Shown here in pieces: positions 20,165 through 29,384 of a stretch of DNA of 64,000 nucleotides. The notes beneath the pieces were generated by a model. The model ran no database searches. It worked only from the letters and a program-made list of their open reading frames with translations, and had not been told where the DNA came from. Each line of letters begins with the position of its first letter. Position 1 is the first letter of the stretch. Source of the stretch: Candidatus Wildermuthbacteria bacterium (GTDB lineage: Bacteria; Patescibacteriota; Minisyncoccia; Minisyncoccales; PEYH01); NCBI GenBank assembly GCA_037445205.1, contig JBBIKX010000001.1, positions 8,767 through 72,766 of the forward strand, read 5' to 3'. Both the position numbers and the translations under genes were made by a program.

Positions 20165-21970
20165 ATGAACAGCGCAGGCAAGATTCGTCAAAAATTTCTT
20201 AAGTTTTTTGAAAAAAGGGGACACAAAATCGTGCCATCATCTTCTCTTTTGCCCGCTGACCCTTCCGTTCTTTTTACCACCGCCGGCATGCAGCAATTTA
20301 AGCCCTACTTTTTGGGGGAAGAATCGCCCCACGGGGACAAGACGACAAGCTGCCAGAAATGCTTGCGCACTTCAGATATAGAGAGCGTGGGCGATGAAAG
20401 CCATCTGACATTTTTTGAAATGCTTGGAAATTTCAGCTTCGGAACTTATTTTAAAAAAGAGACTATAAAGATGGCGATTGATTTTTTAGTTGAAGAATGT
20501 AAATTGCCGATTAAAAATATTTGGGTAACAGTTTTTGGAGGAGAGGCTGGTATGCCGCCGGATGAAGAATCTCCGAAAATCTGGCAGGAGATTGGGATTC
20601 CTCCAGAAAGAATTTATTCTTTTGGAAAAAAAGATAATTTTTGGGGGCCTACGGGAAAAGAAGGTCCCTGCGGCCCGACTACTGAAATCCACTATGATTT
20701 GAGAGGCGGTTTTTGTTCCAAAAAAGAAAAATGCATGCCCGGCTGTAAATGCCAGAGATTTGTAGAGGTTTGGAATTTGGTGTTTAACCAGCACTATCAA
20801 AATGAGGACGGAAGCCTTGAGGCGTTAAGAAAAATTGGAGTTGATACGGGTATGGGACTGGAAAGATTAACGATGATCCTCCAAAACAAAAAATCAGTTT
20901 TTGAATCAGATCTTTTTTGGCCGATAATGAAAGTGATTGAGTCCAATTGCAAAAAAAAATATGAAACAGCGCCAAGACATTTCAGAATTATTGGCGATCA
21001 CCTGAAGTCATCTTGTTTTCTGATATCAGAGGGGATAACGCCCTCTAAAATTGAAAGAGGATATGTTTTAAGGCGTCTTTTGAGAAGATCTATGCGTTAT
21101 GGTAAAATGATAGAGTTAAAAGAAGAAGGATGGAGGCAAATTCTTGGCCAGATAATTGATCTTTATAAAAAAGATTATCCCGATATTTTTTACAATCAAA
21201 AGAAAATTTTTTCCATAATATCCGAGGAAAAAAGCAGATTTGACAAAACAATTCAGGAGGGAATCAGGGATTTTGAGAGATTAATCGCCGATTCTAATGG
21301 AAAAATAACGGGCAAAGAGCTCTTTGATCTTTCTGCAACGCATGGCCTTCCCTTGGATTTGATTCAGGATATTGCTTTTGAGCGGGGCATTCAATTTGAT
21401 AAAGACGGCTTTAACAGGGCGTTAAAAAAACATCAGGAGGTTTCGCGCGCCGGAGCAAAGAAAAAATTTGGAGGTCTCGGGGTGGACAGTTTGGAAAATG
21501 AACAGGAAATCAAAGAAGCAAAAAAACTTCACACGGCAACCCATATTCTTCACGCCGCGCTAAGAGAAATTTTGGGCAAAGAGGTAAAACAGATGGGTTC
21601 TGACATTACTCCTCAGAGGTTAAGATTTGATTTCTCTTTTAAAAGAAAGCTTGAAAAAGACGAGCTTGAGAAGATAGAAAGCTTTGTAAATAAGAAAATT
21701 AAGGCAAATCTTTCGGTCTCTAAAAAAGCAATGCCCTTAAAAAAAGCCCTTAGCGTCGGAGCGCTCGCTTTTTTTAAAGAAAGGTATCCGCAAACCGTAA
21801 ATGTTTATTTGATAAGAGATCCAGAAGGCAAAGCGGGATTTCTTTCAAGGGAAATTTGCGCAGGTCCTCATGTAAACGGAACTTTAGAGATAGGAGGGTT
21901 TAAAATCCTCAAAGAAGAAGCAGTGGGTTTAGGAATCAGAAGAATCAGGGCAGTAGTCGGAAAAAAATAA
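20165..21970 (+). CDS. alaS: Alanine--tRNA ligase (short form, 601 aa)
   Basis: Contains FLKFFEKRGH, FTTAGM and the editing motif HTATHILHAALR. Confidence 0.93.
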   Translation: MNSAGKIRQKFLKFFEKRGHKIVPSSSLLPADPSVLFTTAGMQQFKPYFLGEESPHGDKTTSCQKCLRTSDIESVGDESHLTFFEMLGNFSFGTYFKKETIKMAIDFLVEECKLPIKNIWVTVFGGEAGMPPDEESPKIWQEIGIPPERIYSFGKKDNFWGPTGKEGPCGPTTEIHYDLRGGFCSKKEKCMPGCKCQRFVEVWNLVFNQHYQNEDGSLEALRKIGVDTGMGLERLTMILQNKKSVFESDLFWPIMKVIESNCKKKYETAPRHFRIIGDHLKSSCFLISEGITPSKIERGYVLRRLLRRSMRYGKMIELKEEGWRQILGQIIDLYKKDYPDIFYNQKKIFSIISEEKSRFDKTIQEGIRDFERLIADSNGKITGKELFDLSATHGLPLDLIQDIAFERGIQFDKDGFNRALKKHQEVSRAGAKKKFGGLGVDSLENEQEIKEAKKLHTATHILHAALREILGKEVKQMGSDITPQRLRFDFSFKRKLEKDELEKIESFVNKKIKANLSVSKKAMPLKKALSVGALAFFKERYPQTVNVYLIRDPEGKAGFLSREICAGPHVNGTLEIGGFKILKEEAVGLGIRRIRAVVGKK

Positions 21971-21979
21971 TTTTAAATT

Positions 21980-23215
21980 ATGGCCAATATAAAAATTTAT
22001 GATATACGTCCGCCAAGGAAAGTAAAAAAAATAAGCCCGGATAAGGAAGTTTTAAAACAGCCAAAAAAATCCGACGCGAAAGCAAATATCAAAAAAATAT
22101 CAATAATATTTATTTTTTTTATCATTCTTTCCTTGGTTGTCATACAATTTTTTAACGCCTCAAAAGCGACTATATCAATATGGCCAAAAACTCAGGAAAA
22201 TGAATATCAGGTTTTTATAACAGCCGTTCCTCAGCAAAAAGAATTTGATGTTCTTGCCCAAACAATTCCCGCAACTGTTTTAGAAAAAGAAGAAGTGTTA
22301 ATAAAGGAATTTCAGTCGCCCAAGATTAATATTGGAGAAAAAGCGAAGGGCACGATCCGCGTCCACAGCAAACATCATTTGCCGACAACCCTTATCGCCA
22401 ATACAAGATTTTTGTCTTCCACCGAACCGACCCGTCAATTCGTCGCTTTAAAGCGATTTACGGTTCCGGCGGGAGGTTACGTGGATGTGGATGTTGTCGC
22501 CAGCGAGGCGGGAAGCGATTATAACATAGGACCCTCCACTTTTTCCATTCCGGGATTAAGAAATTTTTCTCCTCCGGAACTGTATTATAATCTTTACGGA
22601 AAATCCTCGGAAGAAATGACAGGAGGCGGCAATAAGGAAATTTTTAAAATTGACAAAAAGGCTGTTGAAAAAGCAAAAGAGGTTGCAGAAAAAGAAGCCC
22701 GGGAAATGATACAAAAAGAATTAGAAAAGCTTGCCGGTCAAGACAAATTATTGCAAAAAAGCATTTATAAAGAAATATTAGAATCATCTGCGCCATCCGC
22801 CCAAGAGCAGGAACAAAAAGAATTTTTCACATACAAAGTAAAGATTAGGGGCAAGGCTTTGATTGTTAAAAATTCCCAACTTTCGGATTTCATTATAAAA
22901 TATCTTTCGCTTAAAATGCCTCGTGATAAAGATGTCAACAAAGAAAAAATTGCCATAAAAAATTTTTCTGAAAATATTGATAAGGAAAATAACATCACCA
23001 TTGATTTGACCATTGCGTCTTATATCTTTTCTAAAATAGAAGATATGGCTATAAAAGAGATGAGTCGCAACCAGAGAGTGTCTAACATCAAGCGATACTT
23101 AACAGAAATTTATCCCCAGATGCAAAAAGAGCCCAAAATCAAAACCTCTCCATTTTTTCTAAAAAAACTTCCCGAGAGCTCCGAAAGCGTGGAAATTCAA
23201 ATTAAATTCGAATGA
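21980..23215 (+). CDS. Hypothetical membrane-anchored protein (one N-terminal TM helix)
   Basis: 411-aa ORF with backbone composition. TM segment is ISIIFIFFIILSLVVIQFF. Confidence 0.6.
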   Translation: MANIKIYDIRPPRKVKKISPDKEVLKQPKKSDAKANIKKISIIFIFFIILSLVVIQFFNASKATISIWPKTQENEYQVFITAVPQQKEFDVLAQTIPATVLEKEEVLIKEFQSPKINIGEKAKGTIRVHSKHHLPTTLIANTRFLSSTEPTRQFVALKRFTVPAGGYVDVDVVASEAGSDYNIGPSTFSIPGLRNFSPPELYYNLYGKSSEEMTGGGNKEIFKIDKKAVEKAKEVAEKEAREMIQKELEKLAGQDKLLQKSIYKEILESSAPSAQEQEQKEFFTYKVKIRGKALIVKNSQLSDFIIKYLSLKMPRDKDVNKEKIAIKNFSENIDKENNITIDLTIASYIFSKIEDMAIKEMSRNQRVSNIKRYLTEIYPQMQKEPKIKTSPFFLKKLPESSESVEIQIKFE

Positions 23216-23218
23216 TGC

Positions 23219-23247
23219 TTGACCTTTTTGTGCAATATTGCTATACT
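23219..23247 (+). promoter_or_regulatory. Candidate sigma70 promoter for infA-rpmJ-rpsM
   Basis: TTGACC(23219-23224), 17-nt spacer, TATACT(23242-23247). Confidence 0.5.
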
Positions 23248-23292
23248 TTTTTACATTGTCCGGATTTAAAAAGACAATTTAGGAAGTAGCAA

Positions 23293-23511
23293 ATGTCTAA
23301 AAACAAAGCCCACAAGGTAGACGGAATGGTAATTGAATCTCTGCCCAATGCAACTTTTAGGGTCAAGCTTGATGATGGAAGGGAAATTTTGGCGCATCTT
23401 GCGGGCAAATTAAGAATATATAGAATAAGGGTTCTGCCCGGAGACAGGGTTGTGGTAGAACTACCATCTTTACAAGACCTAAGAGGCAGAATCACATACA
23501 GAAAAAAATAA
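23293..23511 (+). CDS. infA: Translation initiation factor IF-1
   Basis: 72 aa, contains GMVIESLPNATFRVKLDDGREILAHLAGKLR. Confidence 0.96.
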   Translation: MSKNKAHKVDGMVIESLPNATFRVKLDDGREILAHLAGKLRIYRIRVLPGDRVVVELPSLQDLRGRITYRKK

Positions 23512-23525
23512 AGTTTTTTTGAAAT

Positions 23526-23639
23526 ATGAAGGTGAGACCATCAGTAAAAAAAATTTGTCAAAAATGCAAAATCGTCAGAAGAAAAGGACGAATTTATGTT
23601 ATTTGCGAAAATAAAAAACATAAGCAAAGACAGGGATAA
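23526..23639 (+). CDS. rpmJ: 50S ribosomal protein L36
   Basis: Below the ORF-track size cutoff; translated by hand as [37 protein letters not shown]-stop. Confidence 0.93.
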   Translation: MKVRPSVKKICQKCKIVRRKGRIYVICENKKHKQRQG

Positions 23640-23641
23640 TT

Positions 23642-24031
23642 ATGGCCAGAATTTCAGGGATAAATCTCCCCGACAATAAAAAAATAGAAGTTGGATTGTC
23701 CTATATATACGGAATAGGCCCTTCTTTGAGCAAAAAAATTATAAAAGAGACCAAGATCAGCGCCGCTAAAAAAGTTTCTGAACTTAGCGCCGAAGAAGTC
23801 AGCAGAATTCAGGATTACATCATTAAAAACTTTAAAGTTGAGGGGGATTTGAAAAGAGAAACGATGATGAATATCAAAAGATTAAAGGAAATCAGTTGCT
23901 GGCGCGGGATAAGACATATAAAGAAATTGCCGACAAGAGGCCAGACTACCAGAGTGAATTCAAGAACCGTCAGGGGAAACGTGAGAAAGACGGTTGGTTC
24001 GGGGAGAAAACCGCCTCCCGCTCCTACCTAA
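23642..24031 (+). CDS. rpsM: 30S ribosomal protein S13
   Basis: Starts MARISGINLP, contains YIYGIG. Confidence 0.96.
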   Translation: MARISGINLPDNKKIEVGLSYIYGIGPSLSKKIIKETKISAAKKVSELSAEEVSRIQDYIIKNFKVEGDLKRETMMNIKRLKEISCWRGIRHIKKLPTRGQTTRVNSRTVRGNVRKTVGSGRKPPPAPT

Positions 24032-24045
24032 TAAACTAAATTAAT

Positions 24046-24498
24046 ATGGGAAAGAAAAAAGTCATTAAACAAACAGAAGAAGAAGTTTTAAAAGAGAGAG
24101 AAGAGCTTGAAACAAAGATTCAAAAAATTTCTCCGACAAAATCAATAAAGAAGATTAATTCAGGCATAATTTTTATTACTTCTACTTACAATAATACAAT
24201 CCTTACGCTGACCGACCGCAAGGGCAATGTTTTGTCTTGGGTTAGCGCGGGCAAAATAGGATTTAGGGGGACAAAAAAAGGAACTCCTTACGCGGCGGTA
24301 AAAGCCGCAGAGGTTCTGGTTGGCGCAATAGAGAAAATAAAACTGGACGAGGTTGAGGTAAAGATAAAAGGCATTGGAACAGGCAGAGAATCAGCCCTGA
24401 GAACTTTAGCGGGAAGGGGAGTGAATATTGTTTCCATAGAAGACATCACACCTATTCCTCATAATGGTTGCAAAAGGCCCAAGCCCCGCAGAGTTTAA
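24046..24498 (+). CDS. rpsK: 30S ribosomal protein S11
   Basis: Contains NNTILTLTD and TPIPHNGCKRPK. Confidence 0.96.
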   Translation: MGKKKVIKQTEEEVLKEREELETKIQKISPTKSIKKINSGIIFITSTYNNTILTLTDRKGNVLSWVSAGKIGFRGTKKGTPYAAVKAAEVLVGAIEKIKLDEVEVKIKGIGTGRESALRTLAGRGVNIVSIEDITPIPHNGCKRPKPRRV

Positions 24499-24524
24499 AC
24501 AACAAGGATTAATCATGGATAAAA

Positions 24525-25169
24525 ATGGAAAAAAAACCACAATGCAGAATTTGTAGAAGAAGGCAGAAAAAGCTTTTCTTAAAGGGAGATAAGTGCAATT
24601 CTCCCAAATGTCCCATTATAAAAAAACCATATCCCCCCGGCACGAAAAAGAAAAGAAGGATGGGCGGTTTTTCCGAATATGCCAAAGAGTTGCAGGAAAA
24701 GCAAAAATTAAAGAATTATTATAATTTAAGCGAGAAACAGCTTAATAAATACATCAAAGATATTTTGGAGAAAAGCCGCAAGGGATCTTGGAAGGCCCAA
24801 GACGCCACAGAATCTTTAATAAAAAGATTAGAATTGCGCTTGGACAACGTTGTTTATCAAATGGGATTGGCAGAATCAAGAAAGGCGGCCAAGCAAGTCG
24901 TTTCACATGGCCATCTTTGGGTTAATGGAAAATCAATAGACATACCCAGCATTGAACTTAAAAAGGGAGACAAGATAAGCGTTAGGCCCCATTCCCTTAA
25001 AAAGAATATATTCAAAGACAAGGAAGCTTTGATAAAAAAACATCAACCTCCAGTTTGGATTAAATTTGATGCGGAAAAGTGGAGCGGGGAAATTATTGGT
25101 TTCCCCTCGGTAGAGGTTGCGGCCCCGCCGGCGGATATTACTGTCGTTTTCGAATTCTATTCGAAATAA
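24525..25169 (+). CDS. rpsD: 30S ribosomal protein S4
   Basis: N-terminal zinc-type motif CRICRR, and an S4 domain (LRLDNVVYQMGLA). Confidence 0.95.
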   Translation: MEKKPQCRICRRRQKKLFLKGDKCNSPKCPIIKKPYPPGTKKKRRMGGFSEYAKELQEKQKLKNYYNLSEKQLNKYIKDILEKSRKGSWKAQDATESLIKRLELRLDNVVYQMGLAESRKAAKQVVSHGHLWVNGKSIDIPSIELKKGDKISVRPHSLKKNIFKDKEALIKKHQPPVWIKFDAEKWSGEIIGFPSVEVAAPPADITVVFEFYSK

Positions 25170-25198
25170 AAATTTAAAATTAATTCATAAACAAAAAT

Positions 25199-26152
25199 AT
25201 GATTCCCTTGCCCACTATTATGAAAATAACGCAGAAAAATGAAAATTATGCTGAATTTATGATCGAGCCGCTTTATCCGGGATATGGCATTACTCTTGGC
25301 AATACTCTCCGCAGAGCGCTTTTTTCCTCGCTGGAGGGAGCGGCGCCGACAGAGGTTAAAATTAAGGGAGTGCAGCACGAATTCTCTACTATTCCGGGAG
25401 TCATAGAAGATGTGATTCACATTTGCTTAAACTTAAAAAAACTTAGATTCAAAATTTTTGGCGATGAACCAATAAGGGCAACGCTGAAAATAAAAGGGCA
25501 GAAAGAAGTAAAGGGGGGCGATTTTGAATTGCCTTCTCAACTGGAATTAGTGAATAAAAACCAGCATATCGCCAGTTTGACCAAAAAAGACGCAGAATTG
25601 GAAATGGAAATTATAGTGAAAAATGGCATTGGCTATGAAACCAGGGAAATGAGATCAAAGGAAAAACTGCCCGTAGGTCAAATATCACTGGATGCAATTT
25701 ATACACCCATAAGAAGGGTTAATTTCAGGATAGAAAATATGCGCTTTGGCGAAAGAACAGATTTTGATCGGTTATTTGTTGAAATTGAAACCGACGGCAC
25801 TATACAGCCCCAAGAAGCGCTTTTGAAAGCAAACGATGTTTTAATAAAGCATTTTCAATTTGTAGCCAATGAAGGGGTGGGATTTTTAACAGACAAGGCC
25901 TCGGAAGAGAAAAAAGAAAAAAAGAAAACTGCAAAAAAAGAAGAATTTCAAGATATTTCTAAAATGCCGATATCCCAGCTTAAGCTGTCCAACAGAACCA
26001 TTAATGCTTTGTCGGGCGCGCACATTAAGACAGTTGGAGGGCTTTTAAAGAAAAAAGAAAAAGATCTTCTTGGGCTTGAGGGCTTGGGGCAAAAGGGGAT
26101 TGAGGAAATCAAAAAAATACTAAAAACATTAGATATAGAGATAAAGAAATAG
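25199..26152 (+). CDS. rpoA: DNA-directed RNA polymerase subunit alpha
   Basis: Contains PLYPGYGITLGNTLRRALFSS and a C-terminal HhH domain. Confidence 0.95.
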   Translation: MIPLPTIMKITQKNENYAEFMIEPLYPGYGITLGNTLRRALFSSLEGAAPTEVKIKGVQHEFSTIPGVIEDVIHICLNLKKLRFKIFGDEPIRATLKIKGQKEVKGGDFELPSQLELVNKNQHIASLTKKDAELEMEIIVKNGIGYETREMRSKEKLPVGQISLDAIYTPIRRVNFRIENMRFGERTDFDRLFVEIETDGTIQPQEALLKANDVLIKHFQFVANEGVGFLTDKASEEKKEKKKTAKKEEFQDISKMPISQLKLSNRTINALSGAHIKTVGGLLKKKEKDLLGLEGLGQKGIEEIKKILKTLDIEIKK

Positions 26153-26158
26153 AGGTTT

Positions 26159-26509
26159 ATGTGGAAAAGAAAAAAAGGAAGAAAATTTCATAGAGAGAAA
26201 GATCAGAGGAAGGCCTTTATAAAGTCTTTGCTTGGGGCGTTGATTATGAAAGAAAGAATTGAAACAACGCAAGCCAGAGCCAAAGAAATTTCCGGATTGG
26301 CGGAGAAATTAATCACCAAAGCCAAAGCGGGAGGCTTAAGTTCAAGGAGATTAACATCCAAAATTTTATCATACAAAGCGTCCAAGAAATTATTTGAGAA
26401 ATTAGCGCCTCAATATAAAGACAGGAAAGGAGGATATACCAGAGTTTTAAAAACAGGTCATAGGAAAGGAGATGGCGCCAAAAAAGCAATTATTGAATTC
26501 GTAAAATAG
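26159..26509 (+). CDS. rplQ: 50S ribosomal protein L17
   Basis: Contains KDRKGGYTRVLK; follows rpoA. Confidence 0.94.
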   Translation: MWKRKKGRKFHREKDQRKAFIKSLLGALIMKERIETTQARAKEISGLAEKLITKAKAGGLSSRRLTSKILSYKASKKLFEKLAPQYKDRKGGYTRVLKTGHRKGDGAKKAIIEFVK

Positions 26510-26513
26510 TTAT

Positions 26514-26888
26514 ATGAAAAGCATTATCAAGAGAAAAACACACATCATTGACGCCAAAGATCGATCGCTTGGGAGATTGGCCAGCGAAATTGCGCTTTTG
26601 CTTCAGGGAAAGCACAAACCCGATTACGCTCCTCACAAAGATATAGGCGATAGGGTAGTTATCAGAAATTTGGATAAAATTAAATTTAGCGGACGAAAAA
26701 TTGACAAGAAAAATTTTTACTATCACACAACTTTTCCCAAGGGCTTGAAAACAACCCCTCTTAGAAAGTTTTTGGAGAAAAACCCATTTAAAGTTTTAGA
26801 GCTGGCTGTTTTGGGAATGCTCCCCAAGAATAAACTTAGAAAAAGAATGATCAGCAGGTTAAAGATTGAAGATTTTTCTAAAAATTAA
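26514..26888 (+). CDS. rplM: 50S ribosomal protein L13
   Basis: Contains IIDAKDRSLGRLASEIA. Confidence 0.94.
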   Translation: MKSIIKRKTHIIDAKDRSLGRLASEIALLLQGKHKPDYAPHKDIGDRVVIRNLDKIKFSGRKIDKKNFYYHTTFPKGLKTTPLRKFLEKNPFKVLELAVLGMLPKNKLRKRMISRLKIEDFSKN

Positions 26889-26893
26889 ATCAT

Positions 26894-27367
26894 ATGCCAA
26901 GAAAAAAAACTAAAAAAACAAAAGATCCGGTAAAAGTCAAGGCGAAAGAGGAATTGAAGCAGAAGAAAAGCAAAGAAGATCGCTATATAGAAGCTGTTGG
27001 TCGCCGAAAAAGAGCAATTGCAAGATTAAGATTTAAAAAACACGAAGGGAAGGAAATTTTTATAAACGATAAAAAATTATTTGAATATTTTCCCCCAAAA
27101 GAATTGCAAGAAATTGTTTTTTCTCCTCTTTACAAAATAAATCTTTCTGAAAACTTTAAAATTACAATCAAGGTCAAGGGCGGGGGAGTCCGCGCGCAGG
27201 CAGAGGCAATAAGGCATGCATTGGCGCGGGCGCTTGTTAAGAGCAATGAAGATTTCAAAAAAAGATTAAAAAAGGCAGGATTCCTTACGCGAGATCCCCG
27301 CGAAAGAGAAAGAAAAAAGTTTGGACTTAAGCGGGCAAGGAGAGCTCCGCAGTGGTCTAAACGATAA
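26894..27367 (+). CDS. rpsI: 30S ribosomal protein S9 (K-rich N-terminal extension)
   Basis: Contains GRRKRAIARLRF, GGGVRAQAEAIRHALARAL and APQWSKR. Confidence 0.95.
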   Translation: MPRKKTKKTKDPVKVKAKEELKQKKSKEDRYIEAVGRRKRAIARLRFKKHEGKEIFINDKKLFEYFPPKELQEIVFSPLYKINLSENFKITIKVKGGGVRAQAEAIRHALARALVKSNEDFKKRLKKAGFLTRDPRERERKKFGLKRARRAPQWSKR

Positions 27368-27390
27368 AGACTTAATTTTTAAACGCAACA

Positions 27391-27414
27391 AACCCCGCTC
27401 CTAAGCGGGGTTTT
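27391..27414 (+). terminator. Rho-independent terminator after rpsI
   Basis: AACCCCGC(27391-27398) pairs with GCGGGGTT(27405-27412), followed by TT. Confidence 0.6.
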
Positions 27415-27419
27415 GGCAC

Positions 27420-27447
27420 TTGATCGCGGCTGAGAATAGGCTATAAT
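27420..27447 (+). promoter_or_regulatory. Candidate promoter of the HTH gene
   Basis: TTGATC(27420-27425), 16-nt spacer, TATAAT(27442-27447). Confidence 0.45.
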
Positions 27448-27467
27448 TAATGTAATTCGTAAAAATA

Positions 27468-27710
27468 ATGGAAAACAATCAAAAAGAGCCAAAAAAAATT
27501 CCGTTATTTAATACTTCAAGGCATGCAAGGAAAATAAAAGCGACAACTCTTTTAACGCCACAAGAAGTGGCAGAAAGATTAAGGTTAAAGCGCTCTACCA
27601 TTTGGGAATATATTCGCAAGGGAAAAATAAAAGCAATAAGATTCAATAAAAGAACTTGGCGCATTCTGGAAAAAGATCTTAATAGGTTTCTGAAGCAATG
27701 CAGGCGATAG
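27468..27710 (+). CDS. Excisionase/MerR-superfamily helix-turn-helix DNA-binding protein
   Basis: 80 aa. LTPQEVAERLRLKRSTIWEYIRKGKIKAIRF fits the excisionase-type HTH pattern. Confidence 0.7.
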   Translation: MENNQKEPKKIPLFNTSRHARKIKATTLLTPQEVAERLRLKRSTIWEYIRKGKIKAIRFNKRTWRILEKDLNRFLKQCRR

Positions 27711-27807
27711 ATATATTTTGCTATATTGACTCAGGTCAAATCAATCGTATCTGAACTTTTTGATTTCATATGGTTTTTTGGGCTTTTGTCCGGGCGCAGC
27801 AGTGAAT

Positions 27808-27840
27808 GCCCTCCGAGCAATCGGAGGGCTCTTCTTCTTT
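27808..27840 (+). terminator. Hairpin terminator after the HTH gene
   Basis: GCCCTCCGA(27808-27816) pairs with TCGGAGGGC(27821-27829) across the loop GCAA, followed by TCTTCTTCTTT. Confidence 0.55.
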
Positions 27841-27860
27841 CAAGAATTAAAATTTAAAAG

Positions 27861-29303
27861 CTATCTTAAAATCTCATTATTTGAATAAAACTTGTCTTTT
27901 TCCAAAACAAAAAGAGTTTTTTTCTCGCCAATCCATAAAATCTTTGCGTTGTTAAACTCTGATATTTGCCAGATATTGACCGGTTTTCTATCATCAATTT
28001 CTATTATAAAAATTCCGCTGCGCCCGGAAAAAATTAAATGATTCAAGCCCAGCCAAAAAATTTCATTCACTGGTTCCTTAAATTCAGCCAATTTGACGAT
28101 TTCCATTTCTTGGCGATGGGGTTGCTCATATTCTTTTTCTAAATAAAAAATTTCTATTTGATTGCCTTTCAAGATAGATATTTTTCTGTTTTCTTTATCC
28201 GCCAAAACCTTGTTTACATTTTCAGAGACTTTGTAAAAAATATGCGTTTTTGGATTTATATAGTAAAGATTCTCATCGCCCAGGACAAAAAACCGGGAAT
28301 TTGGGTAAGCAAAAATTTTATAACTTTTTTCATTCATTTCCAGGGGTTTCAAATTCAATATTTCCGAAACAATAATGATATGGTCTCTTATAAATGTTTT
28401 GTACAAAAAACCGCTGCTGCCCAGTAAAATCAAATCGCCGTTTAAAAAAGAAAAATCCATTATTTGGTCATCAAAAAAGGCTTCATTCATTAGCGATATT
28501 TGGTTAAGCTGTTCGTCAAGCGTCCAAAGGCGATCTTTTTTATTGTTTTTTACATCATCGCCGATAAAAACAATTTCGTTTTGATTTTGAGGATTAAATT
28601 TGGCTGATTTTAGGGAAAACTCAATTTCAATGGGAATTAATTTGTTTTGAGAGATATCTACTAAAAATATCCTTTTCTGTTTATCAAGGGCTGCCTCAAA
28701 AATAATTTTTTTTTCGTCCCCTGACCAGATGACTTCGTTTATGGTCAAAGATGTTTTTGGCTTTTTTATCTTGAAATGCGGGATTAGCTGGTCTTCTGAA
28801 AAAAGCTGGCTGATTTTCGAGTCAAAATGGCTCAATAGCAATATTCTCCTTTCTTCCTTTTCTGCTCCTTGGTCTGCGACAGAAAAACGCCCCGAGGGAG
28901 AGAAAAATATTTCTTTAATGTTTTCATAAGAAAAGGAAAAATTTATATTTTGAGGGATAAGAAGGATATTTTTCGCTTCAGTCACCATTGATTCTTCTAT
29001 GGTAAGAATTTTTTCCCATTTTTGATAATTATCCCTTTCTATCCTTATATGATAATCTCCGGGCAAAAGGTTATTCAAAAAAACCGAACTAAAAATTGGG
29101 TTTGTTTTTTTAATAAGGCGGTCGTTTATATAAATTTTGGCTGTTGATGGTTCGCTTTTAAGATAAAGTCCTCCCAAATGAACGATTTTATATGAAGCGA
29201 AATCAAAACGATATCCGTTTATATAAAAAAGAGTCAAGGGGGCGCAAGTTAAAAAAGCCAACGAAAGCGCTAAAAGCAGAATTTTTTTATGAAGCTTTTT
29301 CAT
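27861..29303 (-). CDS. Membrane-anchored surface protein with a PEGA-like domain and a repeat-rich C-terminal region
   Basis: 480 aa with an N-terminal signal/anchor (LLLALSLAFLTCAP). PEGA-like segment: KIYINDRLIKKT...LPGDYHIRIERDNYQKW. Confidence 0.6.
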   Translation of the reverse strand: MKKLHKKILLLALSLAFLTCAPLTLFYINGYRFDFASYKIVHLGGLYLKSEPSTAKIYINDRLIKKTNPIFSSVFLNNLLPGDYHIRIERDNYQKWEKILTIEESMVTEAKNILLIPQNINFSFSYENIKEIFFSPSGRFSVADQGAEKEERRILLLSHFDSKISQLFSEDQLIPHFKIKKPKTSLTINEVIWSGDEKKIIFEAALDKQKRIFLVDISQNKLIPIEIEFSLKSAKFNPQNQNEIVFIGDDVKNNKKDRLWTLDEQLNQISLMNEAFFDDQIMDFSFLNGDLILLGSSGFLYKTFIRDHIIIVSEILNLKPLEMNEKSYKIFAYPNSRFFVLGDENLYYINPKTHIFYKVSENVNKVLADKENRKISILKGNQIEIFYLEKEYEQPHRQEMEIVKLAEFKEPVNEIFWLGLNHLIFSGRSGIFIIEIDDRKPVNIWQISEFNNAKILWIGEKKTLFVLEKDKFYSNNEILR

Positions 29304-29384
29304 AATTTAACTTATTCTATCATAAAATATCCTTTTTTGAAGCAATTGCCAAAAATGCTTTTTTAGTTTAAGATTAAAAAATCT

